A DNA stretch of 34,760 nucleotides, taken from IMG/VR virus record IMGVR_UViG_2600255154_000001, positions 1 through 34,760 of that record; one strand, given 5' to 3'. The stretch comes from a virus. Below, one piece after another: positions 18,607-27,817 of the stretch (positions are counted from its first letter, which is position 1; each line of letters opens with the position of its first letter). The translations under genes were made by a program, and so were the position numbers. Under the pieces are notes generated by a model. The model saw only the letters and a list, made by a program, of their open reading frames with translations. It was not told the origin of the DNA and made no database searches.

Positions 18607-18963
18607 ATGAACTACAAACGCACACTCGCCCTCGAGGCGGACGGCTCGTTCCGGACGGAGAACGGCGAGCTCGTCTGGATCGATGGCGTGGCGGCAGTCG
18701 AACAGGAGCTGAAGACGACGATCGCGACCGTCCGCGGCGAGGACCCGTTCGACGAGGATCACGGTCTGGACGTCTTCTCCGCGAGCGGCGCACCGGCGCC
18801 GGTGATCGAGCGGGAGATCCGGGACACGTTGCTCCAGGACGACCGCGTTGACCGAGTCGATGACGTCGACGTCGATGACATCGACGAGAACCGGCGCACG
18901 TCAGTCGAGGTGACCGTCACGCTCGTCGACGGTGACGGGCTCACCGTCTCCACTGCAGTCTGA
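18607..18963 (+). CDS. Baseplate wedge / sheath initiator (gp25 / P2 gpW-like)
   Basis: 118 aa with GEDPFDEDHGL and LLQDDRV motifs. Confidence 0.8.
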   Translation: MNYKRTLALEADGSFRTENGELVWIDGVAAVEQELKTTIATVRGEDPFDEDHGLDVFSASGAPAPVIEREIRDTLLQDDRVDRVDDVDVDDIDENRRTSVEVTVTLVDGDGLTVSTAV

Positions 18964-18973
18964 TACCACACTT

Positions 18974-20242
18974 ATGAGCGACACAGAGTACGGCGTGCAG
19001 GAGGACGGCTCGTTCACCCGGAAGCACATCGACGAGATCCGGAGTGATCAGAAACAAAACTTCAAGAACGCTGTTGGTGAGGACATCGAGGTACGGCAGT
19101 CCTCACCACAGATTCAGCTCCTCGATGCGAACGCGATCGAGCTCGCCCGGCTGTGGCAGGTCGTCGAGGATATGTACTACGCATCGTTCTTCGAGGACGC
19201 CACCGGCGAGCAGCTGGACAAGCAGCTCGCGCTGGCAGGGTACTCACGGATTCCGGCTCGGTCGGCGACCGGCGAAGTCGAGTTCTCGAGAGGAGACCCG
19301 GCGCCGGACGATATCACGATCTCGTCGGGGACCGTGGTCACCACGCAACGGACCGAGACGAAGCCCGCCATCCCGTTCGAGACGACCGAGGGTGTCGTTC
19401 TCAGTGAAGGGACGACGTCGGTGACGGCGCCGATTGAGGCACTGAAACCGTGGCAGACGGAGCTCGATGAGGAGTGGCTTGGCGAGGAGACGAACGTCGG
19501 AGCGAACTCGATCACGGTGATCGATGACCCGGTCGCCGGCGTCGACGCGGTGGCGAATCCTGCCCCGACTGGGGACGAAGACCTCGGCTTCGTGAGCGGT
19601 CGTGATCGCGAGACGGACCCGGAGTTCAAGCTCCGGTACCAGAACACGTTGGCGGGTGGTGGAAAGGCGACGCTAGGGGCCGTTAAGGCGGATGTGTTCA
19701 ATGCTGACCCGGACATCCGGTCAGTTGGGGCCACCGAGATTCGTGATAGCAACCAGGGGTACGGCGTCGAGGTGACCGTGCTCGCACCGGGCGTGCCCGA
19801 CGACACAGTCGCGCAGGCGATCGTAGAATCCCGGGCGGGTGGCCTCGAGTCCTTCGGCGCCGAGTCGGGAACGGGCGTCCTGGACGACGGCACGGAAACG
19901 ACGGAGTTCTTCGAGCGTGCGACCGAGGTCACCATCACCGTCGACGCGACGATCACAACGTCCGGGACGTTCCCCACGGGCGGTATCGAAGAGATCGAGG
20001 ACCGGATCGTTCGGTACATCGGCGGCGTCGCGAACGACGGCCTGCGGTACCCTGGCCTCGAGATCGCGGAGGACGTCATCTACGACCAGGTCTTCCGTCG
20101 ACTGATGGAAGAGCAGGGCGTCATCGAGGCGGACCTGCAAATTGCCATCTCGGGGAACGCGCTCGGCACGTCGAACGTGACGATCAACGCGGGCGAGGCA
20201 GCGATGACCGACCTCGCAGAAATCAGCATCACGGAGGCGTGA
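18974..20242 (+). CDS. Baseplate J-like protein
   Basis: ATGEQLD, ATGEVEF and GRDRETDPEFKLRY motifs; start ATG 18974. Confidence 0.92.
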   Translation: MSDTEYGVQEDGSFTRKHIDEIRSDQKQNFKNAVGEDIEVRQSSPQIQLLDANAIELARLWQVVEDMYYASFFEDATGEQLDKQLALAGYSRIPARSATGEVEFSRGDPAPDDITISSGTVVTTQRTETKPAIPFETTEGVVLSEGTTSVTAPIEALKPWQTELDEEWLGEETNVGANSITVIDDPVAGVDAVANPAPTGDEDLGFVSGRDRETDPEFKLRYQNTLAGGGKATLGAVKADVFNADPDIRSVGATEIRDSNQGYGVEVTVLAPGVPDDTVAQAIVESRAGGLESFGAESGTGVLDDGTETTEFFERATEVTITVDATITTSGTFPTGGIEEIEDRIVRYIGGVANDGLRYPGLEIAEDVIYDQVFRRLMEEQGVIEADLQIAISGNALGTSNVTINAGEAAMTDLAEISITEA

Positions 20243-20245
20243 CCG

Positions 20246-20863
20246 ATGTCGACTCCACGAGAGCGTCTCGAGGACAGCCTCAAGACGCCGTACCCACCGG
20301 ACGGAGAGATTTGGAACGCGATGCTGACCGCGTTCGCTGCCGAGTATGAGGAGCTCGAAGCCGCACTTCAGGGCGTGCTGGCCGCGAAGAGCGTGACGAC
20401 CGCGACCGGCGGGCAACTCGATCGCCTGGCGAGCATCTTCGAGCTCGAGCGGCGCACCGGCGAACCTGACGCGAAGTTCCGACTGCGAATTCAGGTTGCA
20501 CTTCGACGGTTCATCAGCTCGGGGACGATCGACGAAATTCGCGAGACAGTGTCCGCACTTCTGGAGACGTCGCAGTCGGAGGTCCTCGTCGACGAACCGT
20601 TCGACGTCGAGCCAGCGCGGATCGACCTCAGCGTTTGGGAGTCCCAGCTCAACGATGCCGGATTCACGCCGGAGGAGTTCAGCGAGATCGTCGGAGAGCT
20701 GACTGCTGGAGGCGTTGGGGTAGAAACGTTCGCTCGAGGGACGTTCCAGTTCACGAGTGAGAACACGACGGTTGACAGCGACCGCGGGTTCGCGGAGCTG
20801 AACGCTGAGAACACGGGTCCGGTCGAGGGGACCGGCGGGACCTGGCCGGAAATTCTCCAATAA
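20246..20863 (+). CDS. Baseplate wedge protein (P2 gpI-like)
   Basis: ATGGQLDRLASI and DAKFRLRI motifs; follows baseplate J. Confidence 0.8.
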   Translation: MSTPRERLEDSLKTPYPPDGEIWNAMLTAFAAEYEELEAALQGVLAAKSVTTATGGQLDRLASIFELERRTGEPDAKFRLRIQVALRRFISSGTIDEIRETVSALLETSQSEVLVDEPFDVEPARIDLSVWESQLNDAGFTPEEFSEIVGELTAGGVGVETFARGTFQFTSENTTVDSDRGFAELNAENTGPVEGTGGTWPEILQ

Positions 20864-20869
20864 CATACT

Positions 20870-22108
20870 ATGGTTGACAAAGAAAGTCGCATCTGGGGAG
20901 ACTCAGGTACAGAACCAACAGCTGGTGATGAGGTCATCCCGGGCGGGGAAGAGTACCCTTCCGATTGGATGAACTGGGCGATGTGGGCAATGTCCGTCGA
21001 CATCGATGCGCTCGTCGACGTCGTTGGATCGCTCGAAGCAGTCAACGGGGTGACCGAAGTCCGCTACGAGACGCTCAGCAACCGCCCAGATGCGGGCACG
21101 GCGGGGCGGTTCAGTATCCTGTCGGATGAACAGCGTGTAACTATCGACGATGGGAATCAATGGCGGACTGTGGGGGCGCACTCCCACGACGATCTCACGG
21201 ACGTCTCTGAGGAAGACCACCGGTCGAACGAGCAGGTGCGTGACCTGGCTGGTGGTATGGCCGGGACAGCGCTCCAGCACGACGATGCAAACGACTCGAT
21301 CAACGTCGTCCGGGAGGACGTTGAGGACTGGATCGGGTCGCTCGTCAGCGGGCAGGGGAATATCTCAGTCACGTATGACGACGGGAACGATGCCCTGCTC
21401 GTTGATACGTCGGGGTTAAACCAGGAAGAGGTCAAGGATGCGGTCGCTGGACTCCTGTCGGCAGGGGACAACCTCAGCTGGAACTACGACGATTCGAACG
21501 ATGTGCTGACTGTCTCGCTATCTGGCCCGATAACGGGTGTACAACTCGGAACTTCGACAGATCGGCTGGATGCATACCTGGGATCGGCGGACGTAGAGTC
21601 GCTCAGTGTAGGGCAACTAACGCGCGACGGAAAATCTATTGATCGATCAGAGAAACTTATCGAAACCTGGGATCCCTCAAACAATACACCCTCTTATGAG
21701 TTCACGAATATCCCTACGTTTGATGCGTACATACTCGATATGGAACTTCAGAATGATTCGGGTTCCGCCGACATATTGATGCGGTTTAACGGGGATGGCG
21801 GCTCGACTGGGAACTACACCTATTGGGACGAAACCGGTACTAAACAACCCGACGAAAATGAAATTCTTATTATGAGTTTAACTACTGGATTTGCGAGAGT
21901 CGGTGGCGAGATATTAGTGGATACTCCTCTGGAAGGTGGTATATGCATTCACAATGCTACAACTCCGGGGCGAGCAGACAGGGTATACGGATTTTCTCAG
22001 AAGGGCGGGTATCACTCTTCCGAGGCGCTCAATGCAATTGAGATCTTTGTAGATTCTGGAAATATACAGTCTGAGACGGTCGTTCGACTCTATGGAATCG
22101 CCCGTTGA
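20870..22108 (+). CDS. Tail fibre / receptor-binding protein
   Basis: N-terminal W...G..P...E.YPSDWMNW anchor, HSH motif, three internal repeats, lower-GC C-terminal beta domain. Confidence 0.82.
   Translation: MVDKESRIWGDSGTEPTAGDEVIPGGEEYPSDWMNWAMWAMSVDIDALVDVVGSLEAVNGVTEVRYETLSNRPDAGTAGRFSILSDEQRVTIDDGNQWRTVGAHSHDDLTDVSEEDHRSNEQVRDLAGGMAGTALQHDDANDSINVVREDVEDWIGSLVSGQGNISVTYDDGNDALLVDTSGLNQEEVKDAVAGLLSAGDNLSWNYDDSNDVLTVSLSGPITGVQLGTSTDRLDAYLGSADVESLSVGQLTRDGKSIDRSEKLIETWDPSNNTPSYEFTNIPTFDAYILDMELQNDSGSADILMRFNGDGGSTGNYTYWDETGTKQPDENEILIMSLTTGFARVGGEILVDTPLEGGICIHNATTPGRADRVYGFSQKGGYHSSEALNAIEIFVDSGNIQSETVVRLYGIAR
21230..21518 (+). repeat. Three degenerate protein-level repeats in the tail fibre shaft
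   Basis: EQVRD...HDDANDSINV, EDVED...YDDGNDALLV, EEVKD...YDDSNDVLTV. Confidence 0.75.
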
Positions 22109-22161
22109 CTTGGTATAGATAAGCCGTTAGAACTATCACATAAGCCACTACAACCAAATAT

Positions 22162-22944
22162 ATGGAGAGAGCTGGAAGAACTATTCATTCTTCCATAAAT
22201 ACAGCAAGACAGTTTGCCGCTAATTACCCTCCTTTCAGGATTTTAGCCGGCGCACCGTCCGAGGATATAGGAGGTGTAGAATCTTATCTGTCAGCAAAAA
22301 TTGCGGAGCACCTTCCTGAGGACGCAGAAAGGATACTTGATGTAGGAGGAGGTCAAACTATTGAAACATATACTTCAAATATTGCTGAAGAATTCGATGA
22401 AGTCAGCGTCTTTTGTTCGGATATTCAAGATGTAGCAAATCAAGACGACATAAATTATCTACAATCAGATGCTTGTAATCTTCCATATGAGGATGGTACA
22501 TTTGATCTTGTTTATTCGAAGAGCTTTTTTTCACACGTTTGGGATCAGTCTAAGGCCCTTGATGAGCAGATAAGGGTTCTTAAACCGGGTGGGGTACTCA
22601 TCATCATTGATGAGAGTTTGACGAACCCGGATAGATTATTTGACTGGTTGGTTCTTTGGCCAATACGGACCTCATTTGAAAGGGGAGGGCCATCATGGCT
22701 ACTGAATAAAAATGAAGTGAAAGTAAACGAAAGCGGGAGGAAATATAAGGACGAGGATCATCATACTGCCTTTTATTGGGCCAACACTCTGGGGGAGAGA
22801 AGCGACTTCGAATTGAACTGTATAACATCTCCCTATATCGAATCGTGGCCGCCAATCCATTCGATCGCTAAATCGAACGAGTTCCTTAGGAAGTTGATGG
22901 TCAGTTATTCCATTCGTACCGTTGCGGTAGGATCTAAGCTATAA
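22162..22944 (+). CDS. Class I SAM-dependent methyltransferase
   Basis: ILDVGGG (motif I), DACNLPYEDGTFDLV and RVLKPGG; markedly AT-richer than the flanks. Confidence 0.9.
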   Translation: MERAGRTIHSSINTARQFAANYPPFRILAGAPSEDIGGVESYLSAKIAEHLPEDAERILDVGGGQTIETYTSNIAEEFDEVSVFCSDIQDVANQDDINYLQSDACNLPYEDGTFDLVYSKSFFSHVWDQSKALDEQIRVLKPGGVLIIIDESLTNPDRLFDWLVLWPIRTSFERGGPSWLLNKNEVKVNESGRKYKDEDHHTAFYWANTLGERSDFELNCITSPYIESWPPIHSIAKSNEFLRKLMVSYSIRTVAVGSKL

Positions 22945-23170
22945 AACTAAACTCCAGGACGCTCACTACGCATACTGTACTGAACACGACTTTCACGAGT
23001 TACTTTGAGTGAGTAGGGATCAGCCATTCTATCAGACCGCGTCCTGAGTGCAACTCGTTCATTCTGACAAGACTCCAGTGCTGATCGCGTCGTCGACGTC
23101 GACGAGAGAGTAACCAACACCAGCAGCGGCCGGGCTCGCGCTGTTGGTTCCGACACCGAGCCCACCTAAA

Positions 23171-23449
23171 ATGACTGATTCAGACACCAGCGAACAGATC
23201 GATGAACAGCCCGATGACACGACTGACTCCACATCGACCCGGTGGGCGTTCACGAACGACCTCCTCGCAGGGTGGCTGTTCCTGTCCTACGCGCTCACCA
23301 TCGCCGGCGGCGCGATCGGCTGGGCCGAGCTCGAGGCGATACCGCAGTCCTTCGGCTGGGGATTCACGATCCTCGTCGCCGCTGCAGGAACGTGGGCATT
23401 CGGCGTCGACGTCGTCGAACGACTCACCGGTTCGGGAGGGGATGAGTAG
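23171..23449 (+). CDS. Holin-like two-TM protein
   Basis: Acidic N-terminus then two hydrophobic helices; located after the tail module; start refined to ATG 23171. Confidence 0.6.
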   Translation: MTDSDTSEQIDEQPDDTTDSTSTRWAFTNDLLAGWLFLSYALTIAGGAIGWAELEAIPQSFGWGFTILVAAAGTWAFGVDVVERLTGSGGDE

Positions 23450-23746
23450 ATGCCGTTTTCGCCTGAAGAGGAGCCCGATGGAGCGGTCGATGCGCCGCAT
23501 CATCTCTACCTCGGGGTGATCATCCAGGGCATCGGAGGCGCATTCACGTGGTTCTTCTTCCAGTACGTTTGGCCATACTATCCTCGAGTCGGAGCTGCAG
23601 GCACGCTTGCGGCGGTCGGACTCTCGGGACTCGGCGTCCTGGTTGCGCTCGACGACGTCGTCGAACACTCGATGCCCGTGCCGACGCCACTCGACGAGCT
23701 GTGGGTGCGGGTGATCTATCCAATCGTCAGGCGAATTGAGCGCTAA
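23450..23746 (+). CDS. Small membrane protein, possible lysis factor
   Basis: HHLYLG motif and 2-3 hydrophobic helices; abuts the previous gene. Confidence 0.6.
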   Translation: MPFSPEEEPDGAVDAPHHLYLGVIIQGIGGAFTWFFFQYVWPYYPRVGAAGTLAAVGLSGLGVLVALDDVVEHSMPVPTPLDELWVRVIYPIVRRIER

Positions 23747-23762
23747 CGCAGTACGCCACCAA

Positions 23763-24086
23763 CTATTTAGATCCTCTTTCAATATATTCGTTGAGTGAAT
23801 CTTCCGTTACTTGGCTCGAGTTGTCCGAGCCATCATTCATAAAAGGTAGAAAGTCATCTAATATGTCGCCGAATTTCCCCTTCAGCGCTGGAATGACGAC
23901 ATCGTCGACTTTCTGGAGAACCTGATCGGTGCCCATCTGAGCAGTTATCTCTGAATCTTCTTCGAGTTCTGTATGGATCTCTGCTGCAAGTTCACACTCC
24001 CATTTGACGAGCCTCTTGATCTGCTCTCGGTTCTCATCTAGGGCATTATTGAACTCTTCGAGATCTTGGATTTGGTCATCCGACAT
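23763..24086 (-). CDS. Hypothetical acidic helical protein (107 aa)
   Basis: Acidic composition like genuine haloarchaeal proteins; AT-richer DNA; convergent with the lysis genes. Confidence 0.7.
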   Translation of the reverse strand: MSDDQIQDLEEFNNALDENREQIKRLVKWECELAAEIHTELEEDSEITAQMGTDQVLQKVDDVVIPALKGKFGDILDDFLPFMNDGSDNSSQVTEDSLNEYIERGSK

Positions 24087-24178
24087 ACCATACCAAACAA
24101 TATATTCGACGATTAAATCACTATCTGCAGATTAGACCAACTCACGATTCTGAGTGTATGCTGTGAGTTAGATTCGTT

Positions 24179-24340
24179 CTACAGCACTTGGACGTATACA
24201 AAGAGGCCCAACAGAACCCATCCCAGAAGAGTTAGATACGAGATATCCCCGTTCTTCTTTTTCCCGAGTGCTCTCGCAACAACACTGGTTCGAGCTTTAC
24301 CCCACACGATATTCCATCCCCGATCATTGTCGGATGACAT
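24179..24340 (-). CDS. Small single-TM protein (53 aa)
   Basis: Basic stretch followed by C-terminal YLTLLGWVLLGLFVYVQVL. Confidence 0.5.
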   Translation of the reverse strand: MSSDNDRGWNIVWGKARTSVVARALGKKKNGDISYLTLLGWVLLGLFVYVQVL

Positions 24341-24382
24341 ATCTCTATTATGACGTAGTAGATTCAAAAAGGTCCGTGAAAT

Positions 24383-24700
24383 ATGTATTCTCTATTACCA
24401 TATCTAATACTCCTATGCAGTTCCTATACTATTGCTGTACAGGCTATCTTTTTGATTCCAAGTGCTGTATCCCGATTTATGCGTGTTAGCATTTTGCCAC
24501 TATTCATTGAGGCTGCGAAGAATATGATTACAGGGGCAGCAGCAGGCCTCTACGTTACACATACTGGTCAAAGCCATATCTTGAGCGGCATTCAGGCACT
24601 TCTTCTATTATCTATCGTAGTTGTGGTTTACTTGGCACTAGAATACGCTCGCCTCTATTACCAAGAGTCCCAGCAGGACCCACCTCAACAGGCTTCTTAG
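24383..24700 (+). CDS. Small multi-TM protein (105 aa)
   Basis: About three hydrophobic segments; AT-rich DNA. Confidence 0.5.
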   Translation: MYSLLPYLILLCSSYTIAVQAIFLIPSAVSRFMRVSILPLFIEAAKNMITGAAAGLYVTHTGQSHILSGIQALLLLSIVVVVYLALEYARLYYQESQQDPPQQAS

Positions 24701-24855
24701 ACTCCTACAACTCCGTTGATGTCATCAATGTTTGACAAAACTAGCCACTGAATACACAGAGCCCACCTCGCCAGATAGGAGTTCATTCAAGATCGCCGGA
24801 TCGGTCAATCCAGTCTAAAGCGTCTACACTAGCGTACTTGGTCTGGTTTTCTAAC

Positions 24856-27081
24856 TCAGCTGTCTTCAAGTATGTCTTTGTGGTACTCCACAAACTCCTC
24901 GGCCCTATTTTCAAAGTCATCCTCATCCAGATACTGCGGAAGGTCAACAAACGGTTTTCTGCTTTTCAGCGAGTTTACAGTAGCCTGGATCCTCCGTAAA
25001 TCATCCTCACTTATTGATTTCCCCTTTAACGGGTTCTCCTCACAGATATCAGAATGGTGTCCAGTCATAATACCCGTGAAGCAATAGAATTCAGCTAAAC
25101 TAAACTCGGGTTCGATCGAGTATGACCGGCCGCGGACTTGCTGAATAATATCATGTTCCTGCCGATCCCATTTTCCCCACCGAGTACGCATCCCTCCCTT
25201 GGCCTTAATCCGGAAGTAAATCTCAAATAGATCCGCCAAATCACCATACGCTTTGACGATGCATTGACTGTAGATTTTCTTGAACGTGTCCTGATACCGC
25301 TCCTCGTCTTTAGCTATATCATAGGTCATCGCAGCAGCATTGAACAGCATATCCTGTTTTTCATAGCGCACCGGTTCACCGACGGCATCGTTTTTACCCG
25401 CTTGTGGAATATCAACCTCCGTCCAGATCTTAATAAATGCACGACCATCCTGATTCTCAAACGCGTATTTGAACATCCGGTGAGCCTGCCGCAACGCCAC
25501 CTCACTGTAGCTCTCGATCTCGATCCGAAATCCGCCGTCCAACTCATCGAAATTCTCAAAATCTGCCTGCATCCCGGCTCTAGCAGAGGAGCCCAGATCT
25601 TCGATGATCGCATCGTTGATCTCGGTCACAAAATTATCTGGAAGGTGGCTCTGTCTCATCGCAAAATAAAAACGGGCATAGAGTTCCATATACCGTTGAT
25701 ATGCTCCGTGAAGGTCTATTTCAGCTGCCCTCCCGGTGATACTATAGACTAATGCAACGATGTGGTGTGTGAATTCGCGGTTCACGTCCTCCAGTGCTTC
25801 CTCAAACACCCGGAATAGCACCTGATCGAGATTGTAAAAGGGTAAGTCCGCGTTTAGGTATCTGTTCTCCTCGATCAAGAACCGCATTTCATCCAGATCG
25901 TGAAGCGTGTGATAAACTATTTCCTGATACTGCTCTAAAAACTGTAGGAAGGATCGTGTCTGGGAATTTCTGACGATGCGCTTCCCCTCACTGTCCATAA
26001 AATCAGTGTACTTGTGGATCTGCCGGACCGTATCGTCTCGTCCCTCTCCAGGATGAGTTAAGATACTGGCCGCTAAGGTCGGGTAGACGTCTTCCATCGT
26101 GGGATCGAATACATCAGAGCTTATCTGCAGTATTGATGAGAACTCCTGCAGGTTGTCCCCAATCTTCACCTGAACCTCAATACCCTCTGCTACAGATTTG
26201 AAATCACTGTCCTCTTCACCGCCGTTTGGGTTGCGGTTCTGTTCACCAATTCGGATGAGTTCCGAGAGAGCGTAGACGAAGGTCGGAACGTATATATCTG
26301 TGACAGAACCGCTCAGGTCTAAGTCATCCGCAGTCACCGAGTCCTTTCGTTTGCCGTAGAACGGGTACAACGGTTTCTGGGTTTCAACGCCGTCGGGAAG
26401 GCTATCCTGTAACTCCTGGTCGTATTCGTATACCGCGACATCCTCCTTGATTTTCTTCGAGATGTGTTTCTTCAGTTCGGTGTATACATCCTCGTCGGCT
26501 GGTCCCGCCAATGCGAGCTTCACAACCTTCCCGTAGACAAACATAATTCCTAGTATGGTGACGACGAAGATCGTGGCAGGGACGTTAGGACTGACCCAGT
26601 CTCTGATCGGGTCAGGGTATAGCACAAGGATGCCGATGGCTATGCTTCCTAACAGGGAGTAGAACAGGACAGGGAGAACACGTGACCGTTGTAGGAACTG
26701 TTGTAGAACGTCTTCGACGTAGCGGCTTCGAGATACGATTTCGAGGAGAAAGACGAGGACGACGAAGCTGAGGCCGATGATTGTGGCGTGGACTTGCCAG
26801 ACAGTTTCGATGTCAATCCAGAGAGGTTCGGTCAGGGGTGAGGAATCGACTGCAAATGCGATGACAAGGGTGGCTGCTAAGAGCAGGTGGGCCTGGATCA
26901 GTGCGTGTTGCCGATCACTGAGTAACGTGCGCAGCTTGTCTACTCGGCTCTGATCGTTGTTCGATTTTCTTCTCCAGGTTTGGAGGCGAAGTGACCCAAG
27001 ATATGGGAAAAATCTGAGCCGCTGGTAGATGGGTTTGAGCAGGCCCATCAATTTGAGAACGGTCCGTCGCCGTTTCTGCAT
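24856..27081 (-). CDS. Large membrane protein of unknown function (4 N-terminal TM helices plus about 550 aa soluble region)
   Basis: 741-codon ORF in low-GC DNA; four clear hydrophobic helices within residues ~60-200; the true start may be the later ATG (MGLLKP). Confidence 0.85.
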   Translation of the reverse strand: MQKRRRTVLKLMGLLKPIYQRLRFFPYLGSLRLQTWRRKSNNDQSRVDKLRTLLSDRQHALIQAHLLLAATLVIAFAVDSSPLTEPLWIDIETVWQVHATIIGLSFVVLVFLLEIVSRSRYVEDVLQQFLQRSRVLPVLFYSLLGSIAIGILVLYPDPIRDWVSPNVPATIFVVTILGIMFVYGKVVKLALAGPADEDVYTELKKHISKKIKEDVAVYEYDQELQDSLPDGVETQKPLYPFYGKRKDSVTADDLDLSGSVTDIYVPTFVYALSELIRIGEQNRNPNGGEEDSDFKSVAEGIEVQVKIGDNLQEFSSILQISSDVFDPTMEDVYPTLAASILTHPGEGRDDTVRQIHKYTDFMDSEGKRIVRNSQTRSFLQFLEQYQEIVYHTLHDLDEMRFLIEENRYLNADLPFYNLDQVLFRVFEEALEDVNREFTHHIVALVYSITGRAAEIDLHGAYQRYMELYARFYFAMRQSHLPDNFVTEINDAIIEDLGSSARAGMQADFENFDELDGGFRIEIESYSEVALRQAHRMFKYAFENQDGRAFIKIWTEVDIPQAGKNDAVGEPVRYEKQDMLFNAAAMTYDIAKDEERYQDTFKKIYSQCIVKAYGDLADLFEIYFRIKAKGGMRTRWGKWDRQEHDIIQQVRGRSYSIEPEFSLAEFYCFTGIMTGHHSDICEENPLKGKSISEDDLRRIQATVNSLKSRKPFVDLPQYLDEDDFENRAEEFVEYHKDILEDS

Positions 27082-27133
27082 CAGAAGTGGTTTTCTGACG
27101 AGTACCCAGTAAGGTTTCGGTCAGTACAGCTCC

Positions 27134-27364
27134 CTACGGTTCTGGGTGATCGTACTTATCGTACGCGTACTTCCTCTTCCGGATCACCCAGTACTTCGAG
27201 TCCGTTTCGAGGATGAGGTCCCGCTCGAGCGCTGTCTCGAGTAGTTCCTGTGTCCGATCCGGAGCGATCTCCTCTTCATTTACGACGTCCGCAAGGTCGT
27301 CAGCTGTTCGCCCAGGATGTTCGGCGACCAGCTCCACGATCGCGTCGACGTCGTCACTCGGCAT
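27134..27364 (-). CDS. Small winged-helix-like protein B
   Basis: MPSDDVDAIVEL...LILETDSKYWV; overlaps the end of the upstream paralogue. Confidence 0.75.
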   Translation of the reverse strand: MPSDDVDAIVELVAEHPGRTADDLADVVNEEEIAPDRTQELLETALERDLILETDSKYWVIRKRKYAYDKYDHPEP

Positions 27365-27584
27365 CGTCAACGTCCTCGGCTACCCAGTACTTCCCATCCC
27401 GTTCGATGACCTCACCCTCGGCGACGAGTTCCGCGAGGACGTCCTCGACCTGTGCGCCGTCGTAGTTCGCGTGCGTCGCGATCACGCCGATCGACGTCAC
27501 CGGCGACCCGCGGTTGTGCTTGACGACGCTCCGAACGAACTCCTTCGGCGGACGCCCACGAGAACGGCGTGACTTCTCAGACAT
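27354..27584 (-). CDS. Small winged-helix-like protein A
   Basis: MSEKSRRSRGRPPKEF...EVIERDGKYWV; start refined to ATG 27584. Confidence 0.75.
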   Translation of the reverse strand: MSEKSRRSRGRPPKEFVRSVVKHNRGSPVTSIGVIATHANYDGAQVEDVLAELVAEGEVIERDGKYWVAEDVDDAE

Positions 27585-27817
27585 ACGCGGTTGTTCGTGA
27601 TTCCCGTGGATAGGTCTTCGTGACGTCGACATCGATGTCGCGAGGAGAGACGCAGCCGGCCGAACTCGGTGGGTGGTGTGGGTGGTGAGTGTGATGATGT
27701 GGGAATCACCGGCCGGCCGCGACTTGTGATCGTCTGCAGGGTGAAATAATGGCTTCGGATCGGGCGATGGATCTACTCTCCACTGATACGGTTGCGTAAT
27801 TCTATCTGACTGTGAAC

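Noticed and set aside
437-21471. Many long - strand and alternate-frame ORFs over the structural operon (e.g. 10530-11891, 7724-8629, 19721-20866)
   Set aside because: Shadow ORFs of GC-rich coding DNA: Arg/Val/Ser-rich, no motifs, and fully overlapping well-supported + strand genes.
22162-22944. DNA methyltransferase / restriction-modification gene
   Set aside because: Lacks DPPY/NPPY or PC catalytic motifs and has no nuclease partner.
23068-23169. 33-codon open stretch ending just before the holin-like ATG, a possible remnant of a displaced gene
   Set aside because: No start codon, too short, and no recognisable similarity; cannot be supported without a search.
20870-23170. phiCh1-style invertible tail-fibre cassette or diversity-generating retroelement
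   Set aside because: No recombinase, no inverted second fibre gene, no reverse transcriptase and no template repeat visible.
27497-27709. ORF and GGT/GT-rich low-complexity tract upstream of the wHTH pair
   Set aside because: Basic, atypical composition, overlaps a better-supported gene, and the tract has no regular repeat period.
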